A stretch of DNA of 64,000 nt, from positions 43,028,001-43,092,000 of the forward strand of contig OX597835.1 of assembly GCA_951406725.2 (NCBI GenBank), read 5' to 3'. Positions within the stretch are counted from its first letter, which is position 1, and each line of letters starts with the position of its first letter. The notes beneath the pieces were generated by a model. It had not been told where the DNA came from and ran no database searches. It saw only the letters and a program-made list of their open reading frames with translations. This DNA is from Octopus vulgaris. Taxonomy: Eukaryota. A program made the translations under genes and the position numbers. This document shows positions 13,511 through 26,872 of the stretch, piece after piece.

Positions 13511-13811
13511 AAGTAATTATTGATCGACTTTTGTTTTTCTTTATTCTTTCCCCATTTTCTAATTATTTGCGTCAGTAAATTATTAACTACAATTATTTCT
13601 AACGTTATAATTATTTAAAATATAATAATTATATTCCACAGCTGGCTGGAGGATTTTCTGCTAGTTATCGATGCAAGGGAGATAATTGTGTTTTCCTTTC
13701 TCTTCTTAGGAATTCTTGGAGATTTAGTTTTGCTGCTAACATCCAACCAAATTCCTTATCGCATCTGATGCCACGAAAGATGCGTGGATATATTAGGTAC
13801 ACAACAATTTC

Positions 13812-14237
13812 GGCTCTTTTCGGTTTGAACGGCAGTTTTTAAAAATAATTTCCACGTAACTAAACACTTTTAAACTTTGTATACTGGTAGAATCTGTTTA
13901 CAAAACATCTATTTGTCTTGGCTTTATTGAGAAAATTCTATAGTTTGTAAGATATTTGTTGGGGTTTTTTTTTCTTCAATTTCTGCAATTTCAACCAATC
14001 AATGACGTCTATTGAGGTAAAAAAAAACATTCTGTGCCGTATGACTATGTCCCTCGTTTAAGAAACAGATTGGGTTTATTTACATTTGTGAAGAAAAGAA
14101 AAGATACCCTTCCCCCACCCCTAACCCTAACCCTAAAACAGATTGAAATGCAATAGATCGATACTAGGGTCATAATTATGGGTGACAATTTCATATGACA
14201 CCGCTAGAAAAAACTGCCGTTCAAACCGAAAAGATCC
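13812..14237 (+). mobile_element. Second full Merlin-like MITE copy
   Basis: Same TIRs; 8-bp TSD acaa(t/c)ttc. Confidence 0.85.
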
Positions 14238-14579
14238 ACAACTTCAACTGACCATATTTAAAAAGAAAAAAAATTGAACAGCGGCTGATTTTTTTAAAGA
14301 GTTTTTTTAATGAGGTTCTTTTTATTTTCCCTTTAGCTTTATTATGGGTTTTTTTTTTTTTTTCCTAGATTAAACATTTTATATATACGTATGATACATA
14401 TACAATACAAATCCAAAATCGAAGAAAACTCAAACATGAGTGGGGAAAAAACGAGGAAAAGACATCAGTTGGTCGCAGAAAACAACGGATTTTAGAGGCC
14501 CTCAAGTACGCTTATTCAAAACACAACCCAGTTCCTTTAGTGAAATTTGAACTTCTTTCTCTTGTTTTTCTATACTTTA

Positions 14580-15035
14580 ATTCTCCTTCTTCTTCAATAC
14601 TTCAGTTTTTCTTTTTTTTCTTCTTTCTTTCTTCTTCTTCTTCTCCTCCTTCTTCTTCTTCAATACTTCAATTTTTCTTTTTTTCTTCTTCTTCTTCTTC
14701 TCCTCCTCCTTCTTCAATACTTCAATTTTTCTCTTTTTTCTTCTTTCTTCTTCTTCTTCTTCTTCTCCTCCTCCTTCTTCTTCAATACTTCAATTTTTCT
14801 CTTTCTTCTTCTCCTCCTCCTCCTCCTCCTTCTTCAATACTTCAATTTTTCTTTTTTTTCTTCTTTCTTTCTTTCTTCTTCTTCTTCTTCTCTTTCTTCT
14901 TCTTCTTCTTCAATACTTCAATTTTTCTTATTTTTCGTTTTTCTTTCTTCCCTCATCTTTTTTCTTCTTCTTCAATTTTTCTTATTTTCTTCTTTCTTTC
15001 TCCTTCCTTCTTCATTCTTCTTCTTCTTCTTCAAA
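14580..15035. repeat. (CTT/CCT)-rich minisatellite with recurring TCTTCAATACTTCAATTTTT anchor
   Basis: Anchor seen 6 times at roughly 55-75 bp spacing. Confidence 0.85.
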
Positions 15036-15334
15036 ATTTCTATTTCCCCTACCTCTTCTTCAAAATTCCAATCCTTCAATCCTATTCCTCCTCTTCCAAG
15101 GTGCAATCCACCACACCATCCATAATATCTCTTTAGCTTTGGTAAAACTTCCTTTCCTCGTGGGGTTCCTCTGTCAACGACAACAAAGCTGTTGAGTGGA
15201 TTTTGTCACCTTTTACGAAGGGCAAGTACCTCCAAAATGTTCCTATTTACCTTGTTATAACAATAACGTCCTCCCTCCTTGAGCCCTTTCTAATATCACA
15301 GATATTCAGCTGCACGGAAGCGGATGAAAATTAC

Positions 15335-15386
15335 CTGCGTCCCATGGATAAGAAGCTCATCTATTTCAGGTGTATTACCCTTGAAA
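15335..15386 (-). CDS. Candidate 52-nt internal exon (FKGNTPEIDELLIHGTQ)
   Basis: Acceptor ttttcttcaacag, donor CAG|GTAATT, one open frame, unique sequence; no homology recognised. Confidence 0.3.
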
Positions 15387-15566
15387 CTGTTGAAGAAAAT
15401 TTCAAACTTGAAACTCAACCAGTGTCTCTTTAATTTTGTGAAAATGTTAGCGTGTGATATGATGGAGATTCAGCTGTTGTTTTTAAGATGTAATTTTGTG
15501 TAGACACACACTCATACATAGGTATAATTGTGTGCTCACACTCACACAATTTACATATATTCAATA

Positions 15567-15996
15567 CTAGCAGTATCACCCGGCGTTGCTCGGATTTGTA
15601 AGGGAAATAACTATATAAGCATTTTTAGAGAGTTACTTCCCGTATATAATAGCGAAAAAAATGCATTAAAAATGGGAAAAAATGATGGTAAATTTTTAGC
15701 AGTATCACCTGGCGTTGCTCGGGTTTGTAAGGGAAATAACTATATAAGCATTTTTAGAGAGTTACTTCCCTTATATAATAGCGAAAAAATGCATTAAAAA
15801 TGGGGAAAATGATGGTAAATTTTTTTTTTAAATCGTAGACTCATCGTAGACGAGCGCTAATACCCTGAAGAGCCCGGTATGAATCACGACTATAAGATAC
15901 CCGGTTTTGGTTAAACTGCACCGCAAAATGTGGGAGTAGTTAGGAATCTAAATCGTAGGAGACAGACAGCACACAACTTTACTTTTATATATAAAG

Positions 15997-15997
<1 letters not shown>
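15567..15997 (-). mobile_element. Non-autonomous Helitron with duplicated 3' end
   Basis: Minus strand: A|TCTTTATATATAAAAG at the 5' end, GC-rich hairpin CCGAGCAACGCCGGG then CTAG|T at the 3' end. Confidence 0.8.
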
Positions 15998-16031
<34 letters not shown>

Positions 16032-16060
16032 TAGGGGCCTGCTGAAAAGTTCCTGACTAA

Positions 16061-16283
16061 CCCTTTTGATATCAACCTGCCTGAAACCACCTCTGGTTTT
16101 GTAATACAAATGTCTTCTTTTCAAAAGTTCTGAATAAAAATCTTCCACCTAACCTTCGCCACAGTTTATGTTTCCAACACTAGCTTAAAGATAATGAAGT
16201 TATTTTGCTAAATTCTTTGTTATACTTAAAAATTAATTGAAAGCAACACAGAATATCTCAACAGGAATACGGTAACAAAAGGT
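16061..16283. mobile_element. piggyBac-like MITE nested in the mariner
   Basis: (c)taa|CCCTTTTG ... CAAAAGGT|ttaa ends. Confidence 0.55.
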
Positions 16284-16392
16284 TTAAGGGTATCGTGAAA
16301 GACCTGGTTGAAGGCCCAACCTTCTGAGTTCTTTTACAGGGCTTAGAAAAACTGAAGGGCCACTGCAATGAGTGCGTGAATCTGAGAGGAGA

Positions 16393-16553
16393 ATCATCAT
16401 CATCATCATCATCATTTAACGTCCGTTTTCCATGCTAGCATGGGTTGGACGATTTTGACTGAGGGCTTGCAACCAGATGGGTGCACCAGGCTCCAATCTT
16501 GATCTGGCAGAGTTTCTACAGCTGGATGCCCTTCCTAACACCAACCACTCCGA
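16393..16553 (-). mobile_element. SINE/LINE-tail family B, 3' fragment with (GAT)n tail
   Basis: GGTTGGYGTTAGGAAGGGCATCCAG (V-domain-like) ... CCATGCTAGCATGG..GGACGTTAAA(TGA)n. Confidence 0.8.
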
Positions 16554-17043
16554 GAGAATATGTTGAATAAAATCGTAATTAAGTGATCCTCCTGTATTTT
16601 CTTTTACCCAAAACCAGGAACTTTTCAGCACCCCATCATGTATGTATATATATGTATATATATGTATATATATGTATATACTTCATTGTATAAGATTTAG
16701 CTTTGTTGGAACCAGATAAAGTAGGCTTTAAATACTTTGTTGGGAATTTCAAATGAAAAATCCTCCTCTCTGTGAACTGAATTTATGATTTGTAACAGAG
16801 AACAACTGAAGTAGAATTCTACTAGAACATTCTTTAATTCTCAAAGGATTCATAGGCAGAATGTTAAAACAGCCTTCTCCCCCACCCCCACGTCGTTCAG
16901 TTACTCTCTGCTCTCTGAATTGTTTTGATATTAGTTCTACTCTTTTGGCTCCTTCTTATAAACTGATGTAATAAACTGATGTAATGTCCCTTCTGTGATA
17001 GCCTTTGACACAATCAATAACAGTCATCAACCAAAAAATGACA

Positions 17044-17450
17044 GGTGCAGGAGTGGCTGTGTGGTAAGTAGCTTGTTTACCAACCACGTGGTTCCGGGTT
17101 CAGTCCCACTGCATGGCACCTTGGGCAAGTGTCTTCTACTATAGCCCCGGGCCGACCAATGCCTTGTGAGTGGATTTGTTAGACGGAAACTGAAAGAAGC
17201 CCGTCGTATATGTATATATATATGTGTTTGTGTGTGTGTTTGTGTGTCTGTGTTTCTCCCCCTAGCATTGCTTGACAACCGATGCTGGTGTGTTTACGTC
17301 CCCGTAACTTAGCGGTTCAGCAAAAGAGACCGATAGAATAAGTACTGGGCTTACAAAGAATAAGTCCTGGGGTCGATTTGCTCGACTAAAGGCGGTGCTC
17401 CAGCATGGCCGCAGTCAAATGACTGAAACAAGTAAAAGAGTAAAAGAGTA
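17044..17450 (+). mobile_element. SINE family A (full length)
   Basis: As 9643; TAAAAGAG tail. Confidence 0.92.
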
Positions 17451-17451
17451 A

Positions 17452-17801
17452 GTCAATACCATTTGTGATAGTCGTCAAGCTCAAGAGTGAGGGTCATTGA
17501 CTCACATCTGTGATAACCATCAACCCCCAACAGCAACAGATGTCAACCACTTGTATGACAGATTCCAAACCCATTTGTGACAACTGTCAACCCCTTCAGT
17601 GACAGCCGTCAAACCCTACAGTGACATCTGTCAACTCCATTAGTGACAGTCATTAAGCTGAACAGTGACAGTTGTCAATCACATGTGATAGCCATCAAAC
17701 CCAACAGTGACAGCTGTCAACCCCCAATTGTGATAGCAGTTGAGCCCAACAGTGACAGGTGTCAACCAGATCTTTAAGGGCTGTCAAGCCCAAGTGACAG
17801 T
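17452..17801. repeat. Degenerate ~22-23 bp minisatellite centred on TGACAGCTGTCA
   Basis: About 15 units; exact palindrome at 17708-17719. Confidence 0.85.
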
Positions 17802-18140
17802 GGAAGCGCAATGGCCCAGTGGTTAGGGCAGTGGACTCGCGGTCGGAGGATCGCAGTTTCGATTCCTAGACTGGGCGTTGTGTGTGTTTATTGAGCGAAA
17901 ACACCTAAAAGCTCCACGGGGCTCCGGCAGGGGTTGGTGGCGACTCCTGTTGTACTCTTTCGCTCCAACTTTCTCTCACTCTTTCTTCCTGTTTCTTGTC
18001 CCCGACTTCCTAAGCAATCGCTGAGCCTGGATGCGCATTCATCCATCCGTCGATGCTCTCGGTATCGGGGGTTGACCTGCTTTCTCTTTTGCGGGTCTTA
18101 CGAATAGCAAAGGACCACGTTTCGGACTTCTCCCATCTTG
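17802..18140 (+). mobile_element. tRNA-headed SINE family C
   Basis: A box TGGCCCAGTGG, B box GTTTCGATTCC; related copies at 38781, 49058 and 52795. Confidence 0.8.
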
Positions 18141-19572
18141 CGAGCTCTCGGATGGTGCTTTTTATGTGCCACTAGCACAGGTGCCAGGGGAGGCTGGCAG
18201 CGGCCACGATCGGTTGGTGCTTCTTACATGCCACCGGCACAGAAGCCAGTCAAGGCAGCGCTGAGTTCAAATTCCGCCAAGGTCAACTTTGCCTTTCAGT
18301 GAGCGAAAGATGAGATACATTTTTCTGATGTGTTATTTAACCACCACCACCACTGCTCTTCTCTCACCTCTCCTCCACCTGACAAAGTTAATTTGTTATT
18401 AATAGAGAAACAACATGTAACGAAACGAGAATATTTATTTTTAGTCGTAGTAACGATAGTTAAACAATAATGTATTAATAATGAAACCGAGGCCATCATC
18501 TTCTGTCTGAGACAAGTATTATTAGATCTTTGATCTGCTTAAACATTGCTGTTAGTTCTTTAATTAACATCTTTTCATTAATTAAGATTGTGTGTGTGTG
18601 TATGTGTGTATACAGCAAAGAGAGAGAAGATTGGTTTCTGTTTTAAAACTATATATACTAGACTACCTGTGACCCGTTGGGTCACCAGGAAACTCTGAGT
18701 TTTGTGGGGTTTTTTTCCTTTTCCAGGTTATTTCGCATGCATTCAATGAATGTGACATCAAAATCACGTGTAAATAGCTCCTTTCCCCCGGAAAAGGAAA
18801 GATTTGGCTGCTACTTCTTGCACTCCCTGCTACCACGTAACAGTATTTTGGGTCCCTTATTACAAATAGCTGTTACATGGTAGCAGAGCATGCTAGAAAT
18901 AGCAAACAAATCTTTGGAGGTGAGATATGTTGAATGCACTAGAAAAAAATTATTTCTCACCGAGGTTATGAATGGGTTTTTATGAAATATTTACCGTATT
19001 TTTAAAGTCATTTTCACTTTGAAATATTTTTTTTAATATGCCAAACAAATTTTTGTGGTGGTATTCGGCTGAAAATAATTTTAAAAAAACATTAAAATAT
19101 TGTCTGTTTAAAGAAAGCTAAAATAAAAATATTGTACAATCAACTTACATTTTTGAAATCACATTCACTTAAAAATATTTTTAAATGATTAAAATATTGT
19201 GTTTAACAAAAGCAAAAATAGAAACATTTACTGTACAAAAACAAATTGTATTTTTTCATTGTCAACTCATTGTGTCGAATCAAAGGGGACGAAACTCTTA
19301 CCTTTCAGTATTAAGTTATTTTCGGAATATTTCCCCATTATGCACCACTCTGGGTATTTATACCCTGAAAAACCCTAATATCTCCACAGCCACTTGTCCA
19401 GTTTATGCAAAATTTGTTTTATTCCGTTCACTTTTACATTTCAGTGGAAACTTAATTCATGGTATTTTCCCATTATGCGCCAGTATGGCAGGGTAACATT
19501 GCAAGCAAGCAAGCATCAAGCTGACTTTTAATGTATTATGGATATATATACATATATATATATATACATATA

Positions 19573-19956
19573 CAGAAGATGAGGAGTTTAAGTCAAGGTA
19601 ATCCCAACTAATAGGAATGCAGTGTGAGTGTGCCAATTGACAAACCACTAGGGTCCCGGTTCAAACAGGAGTTGGAGTTATGGTACCGTAAATGTCCAGT
19701 TGAGAGCGAACTGGCAATCAACAGTTTACCTTTGTGTCAGTAGGTATGAGTGAAAGAAGAGGAAAAAAATTAATCAAGGTAGGACTATGGCATTTAAATT
19801 TGCTCAGTTTAGTTCAATTTAAAGGAGTCAATGCTAATGCAATGTGGGTAGAATTAATAGATGCAGTCTCTTACAGCTGTTTCTGGGGTATCCCAGGTGC
19901 TCGATCATCATATTGATCCAGGGTTCTATACACTGGGAATTCCGTCAGCAGAGAAA
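19573..19956 (-). mobile_element. Penelope-like terminal repeat with hammerhead
   Basis: Duplicate of 6601-6961, extended through the ribozyme core; 3' end abuts (TA)n. Confidence 0.7.
19867..19956 (-). ncRNA. Type I hammerhead fold, A6C core, imperfect stem II
   Basis: UUUCU-CUGCUGA-stem II (ucccag/cuggga)-GAAAC-AGCU-GUA-AGAGA. Confidence 0.6.
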
Positions 19957-20793
19957 TATACACAATATAAACAGGAAATTATAGGCAGGAACATCTGTTG
20001 TAGAAAAATACGTAGCATGGTGGGAAGTTTGTGGCTTGTTATAGTTTATAGATTATTGTGTTCGAGAGGGTGGCGGGTGGGGCATTCAGATCCATATGAA
20101 AGGATTCTTGCTTATGCAGATTCCTAGGTTAGTCAATTGGTTGAGTAATGTCTCCAGTGGAGAGAAGGGAAAAAATAGTGCAACCAAAGCTTTATGAGTG
20201 GATTTAGCAGATGGAAAATGAAAGAAGCCCATCATATTTTTTAGTTTTTTTTGTGCGTGTTTCCTGTTCATGATGATGGGGGTGGGGTCATTGCCGAGAT
20301 GCATTGTAAATGTAATCAACCCGTGGCAATGAACTCCCAAAATGGCCACAGATGTATTTAAATTGATGTTGTGAAACTCATTTCTGCTCCTAGACTCTAA
20401 CCTACCATGGTTTTAAGAACTGAACTTCTGGACATACTCTAGTGTTTGGGGAGTAAAAAGACTTTTTTAAAAAAACTTTTTTAGTCGATTCATATTTTAT
20501 CTTATATAAATTTTTTAGCTTTTTAATAGTATGAAATGCTTTGGAATTTTTAGAATTTTTAGAAATTTTTAGTAATTTTTAGTCGTTAGTATTTACCTTT
20601 TTTGGTAGGCTGTTCTGTGTATTTGTATTTTATTCGCATATATATTTTTACCTTCTGTTTTATGTATATGTATATTTTATATGTGTGAAAACCATGGTAA
20701 TATTTATATATGATAGAATGTTTGAGGTTTGGTGTTGTATATAAAGTCGTTGATTCGAATCTGATGTTAGTTCTACAATCAATATGTCTATAT

Positions 20794-21105
20794 ATCATCA
20801 TCATCATTTAGCGTCCGCTTTCCATGCTGTCATGGGTTGGACGGTGCAACTGGGGTCTGGGAAGCCAGAAGGCTGCACCAGGCCCAGTCTGATCTGGCAA
20901 TGTTTCTACGGCTGGATGCCCTTCCTAATGCCAACCATTCCATGAGTGTAGTGGGTGCTTTTTACGTGCCACCGGCACAGGTGCCAGACAGGGCTAGCAA
21001 ACAGACACGGTTGCATGGTGCTTTTTACATGCCACCGGCATGGGGGCCAGGCGAGGCTGGCAATGGCCACGATCGGATGGTGCTTTTTACGTGCCACTGG
21101 CACGG
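20794..21105 (-). mobile_element. Family B element with internal ~50-bp repeats
   Basis: (CAT)n tail on the left, V-domain-like motif, repeated ggtgctttttacgtgccacc. Confidence 0.85.
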
Positions 21106-21319
21106 GATATGTATATATAATAATAATATAAATAATATATAAATATATGCATGTATACATACATATATGTACATACCTACATCTATATGTATATATACAT
21201 GCATATATGGGTACAGGACATCAAAAAAATGTTGAACACAATGAGAAATGAAAACATAAAACCAAAAACAGAAATTAACTTTTTTTTTGGAACAACGAAA
21301 AAAAACAGAGAAACGAGAG

Positions 21320-22593
21320 TCTGTGTGTCCCCACACCATCACTTGACGACCGATGTTGATCTGTTTATGTCCTTGTAGCGGCTGTGTGGTTAGTCGCTTG
21401 CTAACCAACCACATGGTTCAGGGTTCAGCCCCACTGCGTTGCATCTTGGGCAAGTGTCTTCTGCAATAGCCCCGGGCCGACCAATGCCTTGTGAGTGGAT
21501 TTGGTAGACGGAAACTGAAAGAAGCCTGTCGTATATATGTGTGTGTGTGTGTGTGAGTGTTTGTCCCCCTAGCATTGCTTGACAACTGATGCTGGTGTAT
21601 TTACGTTCCCGTCACTTAGCGGTTCAGCAAAAGAGACCGATAGAATAAGTACTGGGCTTACAACGAATAAGTCCTGGGGTCAATTTGCTCAACTAAAGGC
21701 GGTGCTCCAGCATGGCCGCAGTCAAATGACTGAAACAAGTAAAAGAGTAAAGAGTGAGAGATACAATAAGTGCTAGGCTTACAAAGAATAAGTCCTGGGG
21801 TCAGTCTCTTTGACTAAAACCCTACAAGGTGGTGCTCCAGCATGGCTGCAGTCAAATGACTGAAACAAGGGAAAGAATAAAAGTACCAGATTTAGATTTG
21901 GTGAAGACGAAAATACAGAGTAAACCATGGTGGCCACCTTTGGAGAGATCTTGCATCAGGAGATTCCACAAAAAGAAAACAACAAAAACAATGTCATTTT
22001 TTGAGGGGAGGGGAAAGGGGAAACTTGAAGTTGAGTGTGGTAAGTAGCTTGCTTACCAACCACATGGTTCCGGGTTCAGTCCCACTGCATGGCACCTTGG
22101 GCAAGTGTCTTCTACTATAGCCTCGGGCCAACCAAAGCCTTGTGAGTGGATTTGGTAGACAGAAACTGAAAGAAGCCTATTGTATATATATATGTATATA
22201 TATATGTGTGTATGTTTGTGTGTCTGTGTTTGTCCCTCCAACATCGCTTGACAACCTATGCTGGTGTGTTTACATCCCCGTAACTTAGTGGTTTGGTAAA
22301 AGAGACCGATAGAATAAGTACTAGACTTACAAAGAATAAGTCCTGGGGTCAATTTGCTCAACTAAAGGCGGTGCTCCAGCATAGCCACAGTCAAATGACT
22401 GAAACAAGTAAAAGAGTAAAAGAATAGGTACAGGGGAGTTGCTGTGTGGTAAGTAGCTTGCTTCCCAACCACATGGTTCCGGGTTCAGTCCCACTGCGTG
22501 GCACCTTGGGCAAGTGTCTTCTACTATAGCCTCGGGTCGACCAAAGCCTTGTGAGTGGATTTGGTAGATGGAAACTGAAAGAAGATTGTCATG

Positions 22594-22627
<34 letters not shown>
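21320..22627 (+). mobile_element. Tandem cluster of SINE family A copies and fragments (21378-21755, 21764-21881, 22034-22425, 22434-22627)
   Basis: Match to the family A consensus seen elsewhere in the window. Confidence 0.9.
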
Positions 22628-22873
22628 CAAAATTTAGAGGAATGACCACTAATAGTGGACAGCCTGTATGCTAGAAATAGTCGTCAAACTCGCCACAAAG
22701 AATGTGTTCTCAGGAAACACATTTGTATATTTTCAATTGTCTTGCCTATTTTTAAACTTTGATTTTTGCAGAATTTTTTCTTGAGAACACATTCTTTGTG
22801 GTAGATGACGAGTTTGACGTCTATTTCTAGCATACAGGCTGTCCACTATTAGTGGTCATTCCTCTAAATTTTA
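22628..22873. repeat. Foldback (inverted repeat) with ~90-bp arms
   Basis: aaaatttagaggaatgaccactaatagtggacagcctgtatgctagaaatag... and its reverse complement. Confidence 0.92.
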
Positions 22874-22964
22874 TACGTATAAAATTTTTAGTCTTCGGAT
22901 TTTTTAAAAATATGCTAGGCCACTGGATTTAATTGATTAATATCAATTTCTACCCTTATTTAAT

Positions 22965-24288
<1,324 letters not shown>

Positions 24289-24664
24289 TCTAAGTGTGAC
24301 TTTGTGTCTGTGCTTGTTCCTCACCACCGCTTGACAACCAGTGTCGGTGTGTTTATATCCCCCATAACTTAGCAGTTTGACCAGAGAGATTGACAGAATA
24401 AGTACCAGGTACTAAAAAGTACTGGGATCAATCTATTGAATTAAAATTCTTCAAGATGGTGCCCTAGCATGGCCACAGGCTAATGACAGAAACAAGAAAA
24501 AAGAATAGTATTTTGGGACAGAAAACCCCTTTGGATAGTTCCCCTCCAAAGGGGGTTTTTAATCAAATATTTACATGCTATTATTTATAGCTTTATCTGC
24601 TTCAAGTTTCAATGTTCAAATAAAGAATTATTTCATGTTCCCTCAAAGCTTCTAAATTCCTATG

Positions 24665-24935
24665 ACACTTTCCATGCCAGTGGCACGTAAAAAGCACCAT
24701 CCGATCGTGGCCGTTTGCCAGCCTCGTCTGGCACCTGTGCCGGTGGTACGTAAAAAGCACCCACTACACTCATGGAGTGGTTGGCGTTAGGAAGGGCATC
24801 CAGCTGTAGAAACATTGCCAGATCAGACTGGGCCTGGTGCAGCCTTCTGGCTTCCCAGACTCCAGTTGAACCATCCAACCCATGCCAGCATGGAAAGCGG
24901 ACATTAAACGATGATGATGATGATAATGATGATGA
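24665..24935 (+). mobile_element. Family B element
   Basis: V-domain-like motif and (GAT)n tail. Confidence 0.85.
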
Positions 24936-25123
24936 TTAAACACTGTGTCATTTTATTATTCCAAGGCCTCCCTAGAATGCAGGACACAAATTCTCGCCTG
25001 TTTAGTTTTATGACTAAGTCTGACAAGAAATGCACCAGGAAGAACTAAAATGGACTTTGGCCTGTGTGTCATCTCATTAAGATATGAGAGGGATTCTGTT
25101 TGTAAAGAGAATTGTACTGATAT

Positions 25124-25319
25124 ACTCTTTTCTCTTTTACTTGTTTCAGTCATTTGACTGCGGCCATGCTGGAGCACCGCCTTTAGTCGAGCAAATCGAC
25201 CCCGGGACTTATTCTTTGTAAGCCCAGTATCGGTCTCTTTTGCCGAACCGCTAAGTTACGGGGACGTAAACACACCAGCATCGGTTGTCAAGCAATGCTA
25301 GGGGGACAAACACAGACAT

Positions 25320-25364
<45 letters not shown>

Positions 25365-25523
25365 TACGACAGGCTTCTTTCAGTTTCCGTCTACCAAATC
25401 CACTCACAAGGCATTGGTCGGCCCGGGGCTATAGCAGAAGACACTTGCCCAAGATGCCACGCAGTGGGACTGAACCCGGAACCATGTGGTTGGTTAGCAA
25501 GCTACTTACCACACAGCCACTCC
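25124..25523 (-). mobile_element. SINE family A (full length)
   Basis: Family consensus. Confidence 0.92.
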
Positions 25524-25643
25524 TAGTCATAGTAACTCCAACCATTTGTTTACCATTATATTCTCAGCCATTCTTTACGTTACTCATGTGGACCCTCGTG
25601 CCCATTCAATGTCTAAAGAATCCAGTTATATTTTTATAATTAA

Positions 25644-26020
25644 CCCTTTAGCAATCAGGTTATTCTGTCGAATGTTCTGCTTATTTATTCACATCGTTTG
25701 AATTAATCCTGCATCACCTTGGAGCCTTGAAATTTGGATGGTATGACTATGTTTAGAATGACATTGTAGGGTAGGTGTGAGAGGCTGGATCTCACCTGTT
25801 GGAATACAAAACTGGAAGAATTACGTTCCGAGTTCAAATTCCGCCGAGGTCGACTTTGCCTTTCATCCTCTCGGGGGTCAATAAATTAAGTACCAGTTAT
25901 GCACTGGGGTCGATATAATCGACTTAATCCCTTTGTTTGTCGTTGTTTGTCCCCTCTATGTTTAGCCCCTTGTGGGTAGTAAAGAAATAAATATTTGGGC
26001 TGGATATGGCCGGTTTGAAT
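25644..26020. mobile_element. piggyBac-like MITE (reverse of 42442-42660) interrupted by a family D SINE at 25821-25990
   Basis: ttaa|CCCTTTAG end; attgtagggtaggtgtgagag is the reverse complement of the 42442 interior. Confidence 0.7.
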
Positions 26021-26245
26021 ATTCTTTTACTTGTTTCAGTCATTTGGGTGTGGCCACGCTGGAGCACTACCTCCAAGGGTTTTTTAGTTGAAGAAATTAG
26101 ACCTCAGGACTTATTCTTTGTAAGCCTAATACTCATTCTATTAGTCTCTTTTGCCGAACCACTAAGTTACGGGAACATAAACCACCAATATCAGTGGTGA
26201 AGCAATGGCAGGAGGGAGGGGGAAGAAACACAGACATATATATAT

Positions 26246-26691
26246 TTGACAAGGCTTCCTCACTGATTTTTTATATTTTATGGTGTGAGCTTAGTTTAGA
26301 CATCCAGATGTTGAGGTTTATTGGGAAAATATGGGTGGAACAAGAGATTTTCAGAAGGGTGGAACTTTGAAGAGGAAAGATTAGGTATAGCTAGAAACCA
26401 TGTCAAATCAGACCAGAGTCTGATGCAGCCCCACAGCTTACCAGTTCTGGTTACACCATGCAATCCATACCAGCATGGACAACAAAGGTTAAATGATGAT
26501 AATGCTGATGATGATGTGGGCCTAAAGTTGGGGGACATGGTAGGATTGATGAAAGGAAGAGAGAGAAGGATGTTAAGTGGAGATAGAATGTTACCAATCT
26601 TGCGCCGAGTGATACAAGTAGGAAAGAAGAGGATGCAGCACATCTGAGGATGAGAGGCTGTAGCAGCAAGAGGAAACAGCATATTCATGGC
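26246..26691. repeat. ~445-bp local duplication, copy 1
   Basis: Near-identical to 28734-29179 (6 substitutions counted by eye). Confidence 0.95.
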
Positions 26692-26841
26692 ACACAGGAA
26701 CTTAGTTTGATTTGAAAACCCCACTAGAATGGGAGAAAGCGCTAATGATCTAAGTTATATGATATATATAAAAAATGTAATATACAAATAAATATCTGTA
26801 AATATAAACCATCCGATTTTCTGAGTACCTCATTTCTTCTA

Positions 26842-26872
<31 letters not shown>

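Larger units (their letters stand above)
16031..16640. mobile_element. Mariner-type non-autonomous element with nested inserts
   Basis: Degenerate TIRs gggcctgctgaaaagttcctg / caggaacttttcagcacccc with TA flanks. Confidence 0.7.

Noticed and set aside
13710-13797. Plus-strand exon after a strong pyrimidine tract
   Set aside because: Weak donor, and the start resembles the common ggagatttggctgcta repeat word seen elsewhere in the window
14580-17801. CRISPR-like repeat-spacer appearance of the two minisatellites
   Set aside because: Eukaryotic context, degenerate repeats, low-complexity or related spacers, no cas genes
26321-26647. Duplicated 108/95-aa ORF as a gene pair
   Set aside because: Spans a SINE tail, has no proper ATG start, and one copy has an earlier stop
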